64,000 nucleotides of DNA. Source: Nemertoderma westbladi. Taxonomy: Eukaryota > Animalia > Xenacoelomorpha. Each line of letters opens with the position of its first letter. The stretch's first letter is position 1. The stretch spans positions 1 through 64,000 of the forward strand of contig JAUCBJ010005165.1 in the NCBI GenBank assembly GCA_032718475.1. The letters are read 5' to 3'. Below the pieces are notes generated by a model. The model ran no database searches. It was not told where the DNA came from and worked only from the letters and a program-made list of their open reading frames with translations. The translations under genes were made by a program, and so were the position numbers. Shown here piece after piece: positions 1-11,578 of this stretch.

Positions 1-728
1 TACTTTGAAAAAAATTTCCCGATTTTTTCCCGAATTCCCAAAGTTCCAGAATTTTACAAAAATATCAGAGTGTTTTATAATGGAGACCGCCGGGTAGTAA
101 CTAAATTTTGAAAAAAATAGAAGTCTTTTCCCAGAGACCCATATTTTTCCCATATCACTAGCGCTGCGCTAGTGATATAATTTTTTTAAATATATAATGA
201 TAATAATATAAATATAATAATAATATAATAATGAATATATAATAATGATATAGATATCTTTCTTATAATCCTTTATTTAATTATTGTTCAGCAATGCAAT
301 TGATTAACAAAATTAAGAATAATTGTTTTGGAAATACAGTATAGCGCCCTTCATACATTACATATGAGGTACGTTATTTTATTTTATAAATGAACCATAC
401 TGCTTGGGGTTTGTGTATGTTGTATGTCGTCTTCACACGGTACCCAAAGGGATCAGACTGTATTATGATACCACGATCACACATTCAGACTTTTGTTACC
501 ATCAGATGGTTGGAGTCGTGTACCGTCCTGGCGGTATTGCTAACTATAGGCCTACTTAGGTTTGTCAGTCCTACAGACTCAACCATTCATTCATGTGTGG
601 CCCAATGGTGTTTTATTAATTTAAAGTAAGAATTTATTTAGGGGCCAGGCGATGTCCGATTATAGATAGGCCTACATAAAGTAGAAATAGGGACTATGGT
701 CTACTGGAAATCCATTTAGCCTGTACGT

Positions 729-2938
729 GTACATACCTATACCGGTACCAAGGCCCATTATAGTCTTTTTAGTTCAATCAGTCAATCAATCATTTGAGCT
801 CGTACCGGTATATTTCATTGGGATTCCATATATACACAAATATATTAAGTTTATGCACGTATAAATTATTTATACCATAGTTGTATAGAAATATAATATG
901 TTTTATATATATGTTATACTTCATATATAGGCCCTATGTTTAGCAGTTTAGGTAGGAGAGGTCGGTATTGTCTGTTAAAAACGTTTCTGTAAAGGTAATA
1001 GCTTCGAATCCTCTATCTAACGCTCCGAGATAGTCAATAGTTGCAGCTAAGCGCAGTATTGAACCAAAGATTATGGGAATTTGATCCAAAGGAAAATTCA
1101 CAGCCAGCTAGCTGGGTTTCTAGTATTGAAATATAGTTGTGATCAAATCAGGTGACTTGGTTTTCACTCAGGAAGAACTCCAAATCACAGTAAATCGATT
1201 TCAACTATACAGACTACGAAGTAGGTTTGCTGTATTTTTAGGGCTAAATTTGGCAAATTTTGCAAAATTTTAAAGGCCATGAGGCTGGGGTAGATTTATA
1301 TGAAAATCACAATTTCACATTTTGTGTTTGTTTCCAACCTATTTGACATTAATTATTTGCATCTTCCTTAACTTTTATCAAAAATACAAAATATCTAAGA
1401 ATTTCAAAACTGACATTGCCTTCCCAAAAATTTGAAATTTTCAAGTGTCGTGAGGCCCGCTTAGAATTTTTCAAAATCAAAAATTTTTTGTTGCAATGTT
1501 AGTTTAGACCGATTTGGCATCAGAAAAATAGTGCTTCCCTTAAAAGTAAAGAAAAATTTTTTTTTCACTCCACCCTACTGTACAATTGTACATACCTATA
1601 CCGGTACCAAGGCCCATTATAGTCTTTTTAGTTCAATCAGTCAATCAATCATTTGAGCTCGTATATTTCATTGGGATTCCATATATACACAAATATATTA
1701 AGTTTATGCACGTATAAATTATTTATACCATAGTTTTTTTTTTTTTTTAGTAATTTTAATTTATAGTTCGGCCAGTATATTTATATTCTTCGACTCATTG
1801 ATAACATCACATAAATACAAACTCAGTTAGGTACAGTTCGTAGGTAATCGAATCCATTGATCAATCAATAGTTGGTAAGTTGGGGTCTAAATTGGATTTA
1901 GTGGAAGGCTGAGCTGGGGTCGGATGTAGTTGGCTCTAGAGGAGTAGGATCTCGTTGAGGTCTGCCTTGGCTGGTAGGGTACCAAGCACAGCGGTGGCGT
2001 TTCCCCGGACAATGGCCATCGACAACCTCTGGAAGAGAAATGTGGTCGCCCTTGGTTCGGCGGATTTTAGCGAGATGCGGCGGCCAATCTCTCGAAGGAT
2101 TTGTGTTCCTTCGCTACCGATAGCACCTAGGGTCTCGACAGCAATGGTGGTGAAGTGGTAGTTGTGCTGGAGCTCGGTATATTTTCTTAATTTTGCAGAT
2201 TCGGCAGATGCGGCAGCGGCACCTGCTGTAGAGGAAGTGCCTGGAAGGTGGGACGCGGCCAGGGTGTCCCTGCATGTGAAGTCCCACACGAGAGGTTTTC
2301 CTGTGGCCCATGGTGCAAGAGTCATTCCGTCCGGCACCTTACCATCGTGGGACAGACCTCGCGGCTCGAGGGTAGAAACAACTCCTGCAGAGGTTAGGGC
2401 ACGATGGATTATATCATTGGCCTCTGCGTGACGGGTGAATTTCCCATAATTGTGGATACACGAGAGGCCATGGGTGGCCCATCTGTCTACTAGACCGCCA
2501 CAACCACGGCAGTTATGCTCGACGCTGATAGGGGCTCCGAGACGCAGCGCTACACCTACTCGGAGCTGGTCGTCCTCGAGGCGGAGACCAAGAGATGAGA
2601 TTGGGATGGCATGGAGCCAGTCGCCTGCATGGTCTGCCACTGAAGCTAGAAGGCGTGCCTTGTGTGATGGGGACTTCGCTCCATCGAGGATTTTCTTTGA
2701 GGCAGTAACATATGAGTTCTATAAGTTCTAAGTTCTATACCATAGTTGTATAGAAATATAATATGTTTTATATATATGTTATACTTCATATATAGGCCCT
2801 ATGTTTAGCAGTTTAGGTAGGAGAGGTCGGTATTGTCTGTTAAAAACGTTTCTGTAAAGGTAATAGCTTCGAATCCTCTATCTAACGCTCCGAGATAGTC
2901 AATAGTTGCAGCTAAGCGCAGTATTGAACCAAAGATTA
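729..2938. repeat. Local ~345-bp duplication: intact copy 729-1072; second copy 1588-2938 split by a CRE insertion
   Basis: GTACATACCTATACCGGTACCAAGG...GAACCAAAGATTA occurs twice; the second copy is interrupted at TATACCATAGTT. Confidence 0.9.
1736..2735 (-). mobile_element. 5'-truncated CRE-clade (RLE-endonuclease) non-LTR retrotransposon with poly(A) tail and 12-bp TSD
   Basis: ORF 1936-2640 has a CCHC knuckle (C-RG-C..H...C), RH..ND, PDG...WD and K..KY restriction-like endonuclease motifs; poly-T on + at ~1734-1748; TSD TATACCATAGTT at 1724-1735 and 2736-2747. Confidence 0.9.
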
Positions 2939-3384
2939 ATAACTCAAAGTATACATCTAAACATAACAAACAATATAATAAGGCAGTGATTTTTTATGAA
3001 CTTTTATTTGACTTTTTTTTGTTCTCCTTTTTTTACGAATTGTGCATAATGACTTTTGTTGTCCCTTTAATGACTTTTGTTGTCCTTTTAATGACTTTTT
3101 ATGTAGGTATTTCTTCAAACTGTCAGACTGCTGATTTCTGGACTGTCAGACAGTTGATTTCAACATGCCTATGCCAAAACATTCAAAATTTGTTGATTTC
3201 TGGTCTGTCGGACAGTTGGTTCACTATGCCTGTGCCAAAACATTCCATGATTCCATGATTTATAGACTATGAGATAGATTTCCATATGCGCCTGTGGTAA
3301 AAGACTCTAAATTTAATAGTTTGTGGTTGTTGTCGATAATCGATTACCACATGACGTAGCAAAACACTCATTTTATAGCCAAAA

Positions 3385-4190
3385 ACAATTACCAATTAAG
3401 GTCAAACAGCAGGTTAAGGCCGGATTTTCTAACCAAAACAATAAACAGTCACTTTAACCAAATGAAGGAAGGGAGCAGGTTACATAGATGGTCTTTTCTA
3501 ACCAAAACAATAAATGATAACATTACCAATTGAGAGAAAGGAGCAGGTTACAGAGGCGGGATTTCCTAACCAAAACAATAAATGATCACTTAACTAATTG
3601 AGGGAAAGGAGCAGGTTAAAGAGGCGGGATTTTCTAACCAAAACAATAAACGATCACTTAACTAATTGAGGGAAAGGAGCTGGTTACAGAGGCGGGATTT
3701 CCTAACCAAAACAATAAATGATCACTTAACTAATTGAAGGAAAGGAGCAGGTTACAGAGACGGGATTTTCTAACCAAAACAATAAATGATCAATTAACTA
3801 TTTGAGGGAAAGGAGAAGGTTACAGAGGCGGGATTTTCTAACCAAAACAATAAACAGTCACTTTACCAATTCAGGGAAATGAGCAGGTTACAAAGGTGGG
3901 ATTTTCTAACAAAAACAATAAACGATCACTTAACTAATTGAGGGAATGGAGCAGGTTACAGAGGCGGGATTTCCTAACCAAAACAATAAACGATCACTTA
4001 ACTAATTGAGGGAAAGGAGCAGGTTACAGAGGCGGGATTTCCTAACCAAAACAATAAACGATCACTAACTAATTGAGGGAAAGGAGCAGGTTACAGAGGC
4101 GGGATTTCCTAACCAAAACAATAAACGATCACTAACTAATTGAGGGAAAGGAGCAGGTTACAGGAGGCGGGATTTTTTAACCAAAACAAT
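3385..4190. repeat. Minisatellite, ~68-bp unit, ~12 copies
   Basis: CTAACCAAAACAATAAA-like motif recurs at 3429, 3498, 3566, 3634, 3702, 3770, 3838, 3906, 3974, 4042, 4109 and ~4177. Confidence 0.95.
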
Positions 4191-4329
4191 TTTCCACAAT
4201 CCAGTTTGGCCTATCAATTATTTAAAATTTATTAGCACAACCGGTCAGCCGGTAGGCCTACCATTACCGTATTTAAATGGTAGGCTACACAATAGGCCTA
4301 CAGCAGTACCGGTTGACATCATGAGTGAT

Positions 4330-4850
4330 TTAAACGGACAATAATGAATAGAAATTGGACAATTTGAAAGAGTACCTCTGAAAAAATTAAATGAAATCCC
4401 AGGTAAGGTTTAGTATATTCCCATTTTCACTGTAACTCAACCAAAAAAGGACAAAGTAAGAGTTGTGTTTGACAGTTCGGCATCTTATTATGGAACTAGT
4501 CTTAATAATGCTTTATTGAAAGGTTTTCAACAACAACAACCAATTAAGAGATGTATTAAATAGATTCCATGAAGTTGAATTAGGTTCATGGCAGACAGCG
4601 AGTCAATGTTTCACTGCTTTCCCTGGCAAACGCTGGCAAACGGGTGGTGCCAGTTAATGACATCTCAGGCACGGCCGATCAGCTCGGCAGACGGACATTT
4701 TTTGACAAATTTAAAAAAAACGTTTTTTTTCTATAGCCGGTTTTCAATGTAGAAACTTTTTATTAAGACGCCGTTAAGAGTTAAAGTCCCACCCCATTAC
4801 AGGGACTTTCTCAGATTTTTCTGGTTTGCAAATAATGATCCAACAATATT
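4330..4850 (+). mobile_element. BEL/Pao LTR retrotransposon RT remnant (left part)
   Basis: Manual translation gives [37 protein letters not shown], ...MADSESMFHCF... and RDFLRFFWFANNDP, typical of BEL/Pao RT; interrupted near 4620-4770. Confidence 0.8.
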
Positions 4851-5053
4851 GTTCATAGATATGAATAAATAGAACACTTGACTGAATATTGATCTTGATG
4901 AATGTTAATTTAATGGGTAATAATAATTGAATGTTAATTATTACAACATAACTTCAATACATTTTTCAACTGACTCACTGTCATATAACCTTGTTTTTAT
5001 TATTATTATTTTTTGGCTCGATATATCGATAGTGGTTACCTGAACCATTACAC

Positions 5054-5072
5054 TGGTGACCCAGACGAGATT
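5054..5072 (+). promoter_or_regulatory. Primer-binding site complementary to the tRNA-Trp 3' end
   Basis: TGGTGACCCAGACGAGATT 1 nt after the LTR-terminal CA; 17/19 match to the complement of the metazoan tRNA-Trp 3' end (TGGTGACCCCGACGTGATT, from memory). Confidence 0.75.
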
Positions 5073-8000
5073 CCTTCAAACTTTCTGACTTTAGAACAAT
5101 GGCTACTCATCGAATCCACATCCCGCCCTTCTCATTACAATAACCCACGATTTGGTTCAGACAACTCGAGGCATATTTCACAATGGAGAAAATCGAGGAA
5201 GAAAATAAAATTAACCTAGTGTTTACGTTGCTCCCGACGGAACAGGCCACGATCATTGCTTCTGGGGAAACGGAAACCTACGAGGAAGCAAAGGATTTGT
5301 TGAAAAACTCCATGGGCGAATCGAAATACGAATTAATCTGGAAAGCTATCACAACATTTACCTTACCAGAAGGCGAAAGACCATCCTTAGCAGCCCAAAA
5401 ACTTAAACTTCTTGTTAACGCTGCAGAGATGCCGGAGCGAAACGAGAAAGAGATTATCGCCCGGGTAATAGAAGCGATACGAAATGCTTCCGCCAAGAGT
5501 GCTCTCGCTACACGAGTGGAGAATAGTTTGGAAGGTTTCCTAAAGATCGCAGACACCGTAGTCGCTGCCACAGCTACCGGATCCGCCAGATGTGCCAGTG
5601 GCAAGCAGGTTTATGCGATTTCACAAGCTACTACAGGTTGTCCCATTTACCGCAATCAGGAACAATACCGGTACAACATTCGAGAACATGATTATCAATG
5701 AATCTTAACTCCATATTCCGCAAACCAATGGCCCACGGTTCGTCGATCCCATTTTTTGGTGCAAAGGCCCGAACCTGCACTAAACCTTGGTGTCAATTTC
5801 CCAAATCGGACACCCACAACCCATGGATCCGATCGCGCGGACCATCCCGAGAACCTTCTCCTAATTCATCTCCGGTTCGGGGAAACTAACAACCCCTTCC
5901 GCTGCATCAATTATAATGGAAGGGGTGTGTTATAAATTGCCAATGATTAAAGCTAAAGTGTATGACAAATAATTTTGTTTTCTCATCAATACTGGCGCCT
6001 CTATTAGCATTCTTCCCCTTCACATAACCAATGATTTGGCTATTTCCTTCGAAGGATCAAGTGATACTATTTCAGCAGCCAATGGACACACTATCAATCA
6101 TTGGTTCCGCTAATTTGGAAATACATAAAGTCCACCTTAAACAACTCTTTAAACGTCTACAAGAACACGACTTACAAGTACACCTGTCAAAGTGCACATT
6201 TGCTGCCCCTGAAATCGATTTTTTGGGTTTTCACATCGATACCAACGGAGTTTCACCATCTCCTAGTAAAGTTGCCGAAATATCCCAACTTTCCACCCCT
6301 ACTTGTTACAAAGAACTACGTAGCCGTCTCAGGGCCATAAACTTTTATCACTGATTCCTACCGAGAGCCGCTGAAACTCTTATCCCTCTATAGACATTGC
6401 TCAACGAGACACAACCTAGGAGAGGAGTTGTTACACAGTGTACTTGGAAACCTGAGCATGATTCTGCCTACCTAGCTATTCTTCAAACTCTACAACATCC
6501 AATTCTATTAGTACATCCTCCCCCTAATACAAACGAACTTACACTAATGAGTGACGCCTCAGAAGCTGTGATTGGTGCAGTTTTGGAAGCAAATAGTAAA
6601 CCACTCGGATTCTTCTCCTGATGACTCAACCCCACCAATTCAAAATGCTCCGCTTTTGAGCGCAATCTTCTCAGTTTAGCGAGTGCAGTCCTCCACTTCC
6701 GACCATACATCGAGTCTATTTGCACTCTGGCCTATACGGATCACCAACCTATCATTGCTGTATTTGGCAAATCATGCGATTCTCCCACACATTGGCAAAA
6801 TCGTCACCTAGCAACCATTTCCAAATATGTTGCAGAGGTACACTATATTCCCAGTTCAACAAACATCATCGCCGACTCCCTTTCTCGGCCACCAAACTTT
6901 CCTACCAACAATCCTACATCACCAGTAAACAGTGGACAAAACTATGAAACTGAAATTATTTTCAATATCACCATTGACATCTGTGATTTTCCTGCCATAT
7001 ATGCTGCTCAACAGCAAGAGGAACTTCCTCCCAATCTTACTCCTATGCCATTTGGGGATATTTCTCTAGCCTGTGATGTAAACTCCTTCCACCCCCACCC
7101 TTATATTCCAGCTCATCTCTGTGAGAATATTTCAACCAAACTCATAATATTTCTCACCCTGGCCGCATTGATACCCAGAGACTAATACTTTCACAATTCT
7201 ATTGGCCACACGCCAAGAATGACATAAAGAAATGGGTTCGCGAGTGTCAGAACTGTCAGAAAGCCAAGAGTATTCGACACATACACAGACCACTAGAGCC
7301 TATGCCAATTGTAGCAGAGAGATTTGATATCGTCCATATTGATATCGTGGGGCCATTTCCAATGATTGATGGATATCATATTTACTGACTGCCATAGATA
7401 GATTTTCTGGATGGCCCACTGCAGTTCCCCTGACAGATATTCTAACTACAACCATTGCTACTGGATATCACTTTTTGGAATTCCACTGCATGTTATTTCG
7501 GATTGTGGAAGCAAATTCGAATCCGATTTATTTAAGAAAATCGCTACTAACCTCAGACATGTCCATATTCACACAACAGCTTGCCACCCACAAATAAATG
7601 GCAGGATAAAACGCTTACACCGCTGTCTGAAAGACGCCATCAAGGTCCGCAATTCGGATTGGCTGCACTCAATTTCGTCCATCCTTTGGGTTGGGTTATT
7701 CGAAATACTCCTAACGAATCTAAACCTTCCCCTTTTACATTACTGACTGGCAAAGCTCCCCATATCCCTATGAAGTTGATTAGTTACACGCGAACTGACC
7801 ATCCCTCTATTGTTGACAAACTCTGCCAATATTTCGATCCAACCAATCATATCCATCACCAACCCCAGCCAATAGAACGCACCGAAATTCGCTCCCATCT
7901 ACCGCCCAACACTGATGAAGTTTGGCTGAGAATCGACCACTTACATCGCCCTCTAGAGGCTCCATACACTGGCCCATACCCTGTAGTGGAAGATAAAGGT

Positions 8001-8317
8001 TCAACTGTGGTTATCGAGAAGAATGGTAAACAACAGACAGTCAGTGTTTCCCGCCTCAAACAGTTCAAACCCTTCCTTCACCACATCTAGAATTACCAAT
8101 CCACACAATCCGCGTCGAACCACCACACCAAACTTCAGGGCCTCGTTCTTGTTTACACACAGCTAACCCATCGCGAACTCGTTCTGGATGAGTCGTTATA
8201 TCTACCAAGGATATTATTATTAGAAACTGAAATACATTATAGGATTGTTTTCAGCATGAAATGACACATTAAATATATTTATTTTTGTTTTAAACCACCA
8301 GAAACTGCTTCGCCTCT

Positions 8318-8327
8318 AAAGGGAAGG
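8318..8327 (+). promoter_or_regulatory. Polypurine tract before the Gypsy 3' LTR
   Basis: AAAGGGAAGG just upstream of the LTR start TGTAGTGGT, which is nearly inverted to the LTR end ACCATT(A/G)CA. Confidence 0.7.
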
Positions 8328-8406
8328 CTGTGTAGTGGTGCTGTTTAGACTAAAACAAAAATATTAAAAATTTAATTACATTTTATTGGACATATACTGT
8401 ATATCA

Positions 8407-8805
8407 GTTTTGGTGCGTTAGGACCTGGCGATTTAGGTCCTGTTAGCGTTAGGTCCGTGGCATTAGGTCCTGGTAGCATTAGGTCCACGTCATTAGGTCC
8501 TGGTAGCGTTAGGGCCGTACCATTAGGTCAGTAGGTCCAGTCTGCCTTCAAAACCAAGAGGTTAGTAAAGGACCAGGTTACAGAGGCGAGTTGAAAGGAA
8601 CCAAAACAATAAACGCGAGTTAGGGATATTGTAGAATAGGTTAATAGAGAATCAACAGTCAGATATATGCTACATGACCTAATGCGCCAGGACCTAAAGC
8701 TACAGGACCTAACACTACAGGACCTAATGCGGCATGACCTAAAGCTACACGACCTAACGTTACAGGACCTAAGCTATACCGATTTGGACCTAATGCTACA
8801 TTACC
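8407..8805. mobile_element. Foldback MITE (Mutator-like) inserted in the Gypsy 3' LTR
   Basis: 15-bp subrepeats (G/C)ATTAGGTCC on the left are inverted as GGACCTAATGC on the right; 9-bp TSD TGTATATCA at 8398-8406 and 8806-8814. Confidence 0.8.
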
Positions 8806-9036
8806 TGTATATCATCTTACCATATAGAGTGACAGTTGCAAGTAGTACCGATACGGTATTACAGCAGTACAATTTAGTGGCCTACCGTTCTGTTCTGCAG
8901 TCTGTATATTATATTTAAATAGTCATTGTACAACATAACTTCAATACATTTTTCAACTGACTCACTGTCTTATAACCTCTTTATTATTATTATTTTCTGG
9001 CTTGATATATTGATAGTGGTTACCCGAACCATTGCA

Positions 9037-9627
9037 AAGTCCTGTCCCTGTGGTGCTAACAGGTCGATTAATACAGACAACAGTAATTCCTAAGAAAGAT
9101 AATTCTACTCCAGAACCAGAACTGTGATTGTGAACAGTGATTGGTACTCACCCCTCCCACAACAGTACTTTCTAGAGTAGAATAAAAGGAAAACACACTT
9201 AAAGACCTGTCAGATTTACTTGATAAATAAATTTGATAGATTTATTCCCAGAATTTTGGACCTATAATAGAACAAACTTTACACGCTTATGCCGATGATG
9301 CCTCAGAACTTGCTACGTCATATAATATATATATATATATATAATAATATATATATAATATATATTGCTTGGTCACGTCATATAGGTACGTGAGATCAGT
9401 GAATGATAAAGAAGATATATCAGTTGCATTTTTTAATGGCAATTCGAAGGTAGCAACCCTATGGCGCCTCATCTATACCACGACTAGAATTATGTGCAGC
9501 AGTTGAGTTAGTAATGGCTGTTACTTCAGAATATAAATCATTATAAAATAAACCTAAGATACTTCATTATTACTCTGACAGTCGAGTAGTTCTGGGATAT
9601 TAAGAATGATTATAGGAGATTCTCTAA
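9037..9627 (+). mobile_element. BEL/Pao remnant (right part; RNase H/peptidase A17 region)
   Basis: Manual translation gives PVVLTGRLIQ, SSIPRLELCAAVEL and YYSDSRVVLGY. Confidence 0.75.
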
Positions 9628-9959
9628 GGGCAGTTATTTTTTTGCCCTATATTTTTTACTCAAATGCCCTATATTTTTTTTAATACTTTTATGCCCTATA
9701 TAAGTACTTTTCTACCCTATATTTTTTTGGACTAGCAAAACTGCTATACTTGACTGTCAGACTGTTTCCATAATTGTTTGGCAGGGGTTTCAGATAAGAT
9801 GCGTTATAACTGACATAGTTAGAGTTTTTAAGTATTAACGTAAAGCAGAATATAAAAACTAAACATTTACATGTTTAAAGTGAAGAAGTTTTACTAAGTG
9901 AAGTTTTACAAATTAAACAAGATAAGTTTTTAACAAGGGGGTTTTTAAACAAGTAAGTG

Positions 9960-10186
9960 ATAACTAAAGGACAAATCACACCTTTTATAGTTAAATCGGA
10001 TATGGAATGGAATTCGAATGCATTCTAATCGTTCTATATGTTCTATGACATTCTTAAAATCCGCATTTGTAAATAACTAAAGGACAAATCACACCTTTTA
10101 TAGTTAAATCGGATATGGAATGGAATTCGAATGCATTCTAATCGTTCTATATGTTCTATGACATTCTTAAAATCCGCATTTGTAAA
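9960..10186. repeat. Direct tandem duplication, 113-bp period
   Basis: TAACTAAAGGACAAATCACACC starts at 9961 and 10074; the copies look identical. Confidence 0.9.
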
Positions 10187-11578
10187 ATATGTTAGATATT
10201 ACAAATGCATAGTATTTTAAAGAAACTTATAGAAAATAAAGAATAAATGTCGTAATTTTTAAATTTTTTATACAAACTAAACTACAAATTGCTACTTGAA
10301 TGAAATAATTCCACAGCAATGTTCTTGAACACTTACCAATAAATAAAAATAATAAAAAATACCGTATTTTTAAAAATTTAAAAAATACTAGCTAGTAAAA
10401 AAAGCACTATGCTGCAGTACAATGAAAAATGTATCTACAAATGTTCTAGAACATTCTCCAATATCAAAAAAGCACTGAAAAACACTTAATAGTGATACGT
10501 AAACAAATGCAGGGGGTGTCGACAGCTCTAAGTAGTAGGGGGTACCCATTAATAAGCAACAATAATTTTTGAAAAATCTTTATTTTAGCATGCATTAAGG
10601 AATCTCAATTTATTTTCCTTACTGGTTTTCATCTCACATTTTTACGAAAAGCTTTGTACTACTTGATTATTGGGCAAATCCACACAGACTGATAATAATA
10701 AAATTACATAAGGAAATCATTATGGAGTGAAATTGAAATCCGTAGGCTAATTCTCTCCAAAATCAGTACAAAACGTGAAGATTAAGTTTAGCTACTTCCA
10801 TCGCAGCTCCACCTTGCAGAGCAGTGCTTTAATATAGTTAGTAGTTAGTTAAGTATAGTTTTTTAGTACAATCTATTACTAGCTAGTATAATCTCATAAT
10901 ATTTCACAATCTTTGAATAAATTCATGTTTGGAGTATACAGTATTACCTCGAAAAATCAGGATTATATGGATATAATACTGGTTTGTTGCCCCAGCATTG
11001 TATAATCAAAAAGCGAGAATTAATGATAAACATTCATATTTTTGTTAGTTTAGAGAAAATAAAAATACCAAATATTTGATTTTACAATTTAATGTGTACT
11101 GTATTCATTATGTCGAAACGTCCAAAATACGACACTTTAGAGAAAATGAGCAAAGAAAATGGCGACAGTGTTCAGTAAAACTGGACGGATGCAGTCGATG
11201 ACGCAGTTTGATTCAGTCGACCAAGGTCAAGATGGATCAGTACCTGTTAATAAATTTCACTTATATTCAATATAGTACATGATTAGAATGTTTAAATAAT
11301 GAGCATCCATAAAATCCATTCTTCACACACCAAACGCTGATAAGTTGACATAATATAACAAAATGACATACATCATTGTTTGCAAAGGTCACTTTTCAGC
11401 GTTAAAGACCGTTGTTTATTTATATAAACCTCCCTCACTCGGTACATAAATAAACTCGGATCATAACGCTGCAAAGGCTACTTTGTAAACAATGATGTAA
11501 GAGATATTAAAGCATCGATTAACATAACATCTGCATCGAACTTAGTTCGTTGTTTTGTGTCACTTATGTATTATTATG

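Larger units (their letters stand above)
4942..9036 (+). mobile_element. Degenerate Ty3/Gypsy LTR retrotransposon (partial 5' LTR 4942-5052, 3' LTR 8331-9036)
   Basis: LTR end sequence is shared (TACAACATAACTTCAATAC...GAACCATTACA / ...ATTGCA); gag-like ORF 5183-5701; protease FLINTGAS; RT tail SKCTFAAPEIDFLGF; RNase H SDASEAVIGAVL; integrase VHIDIVGP and HPQINGRIKRLHR; GPY motif; many stops and an RT deletion. Confidence 0.9.

Noticed and set aside
3385-4190. CRISPR array
   Set aside because: Plain tandem minisatellite without unique spacers
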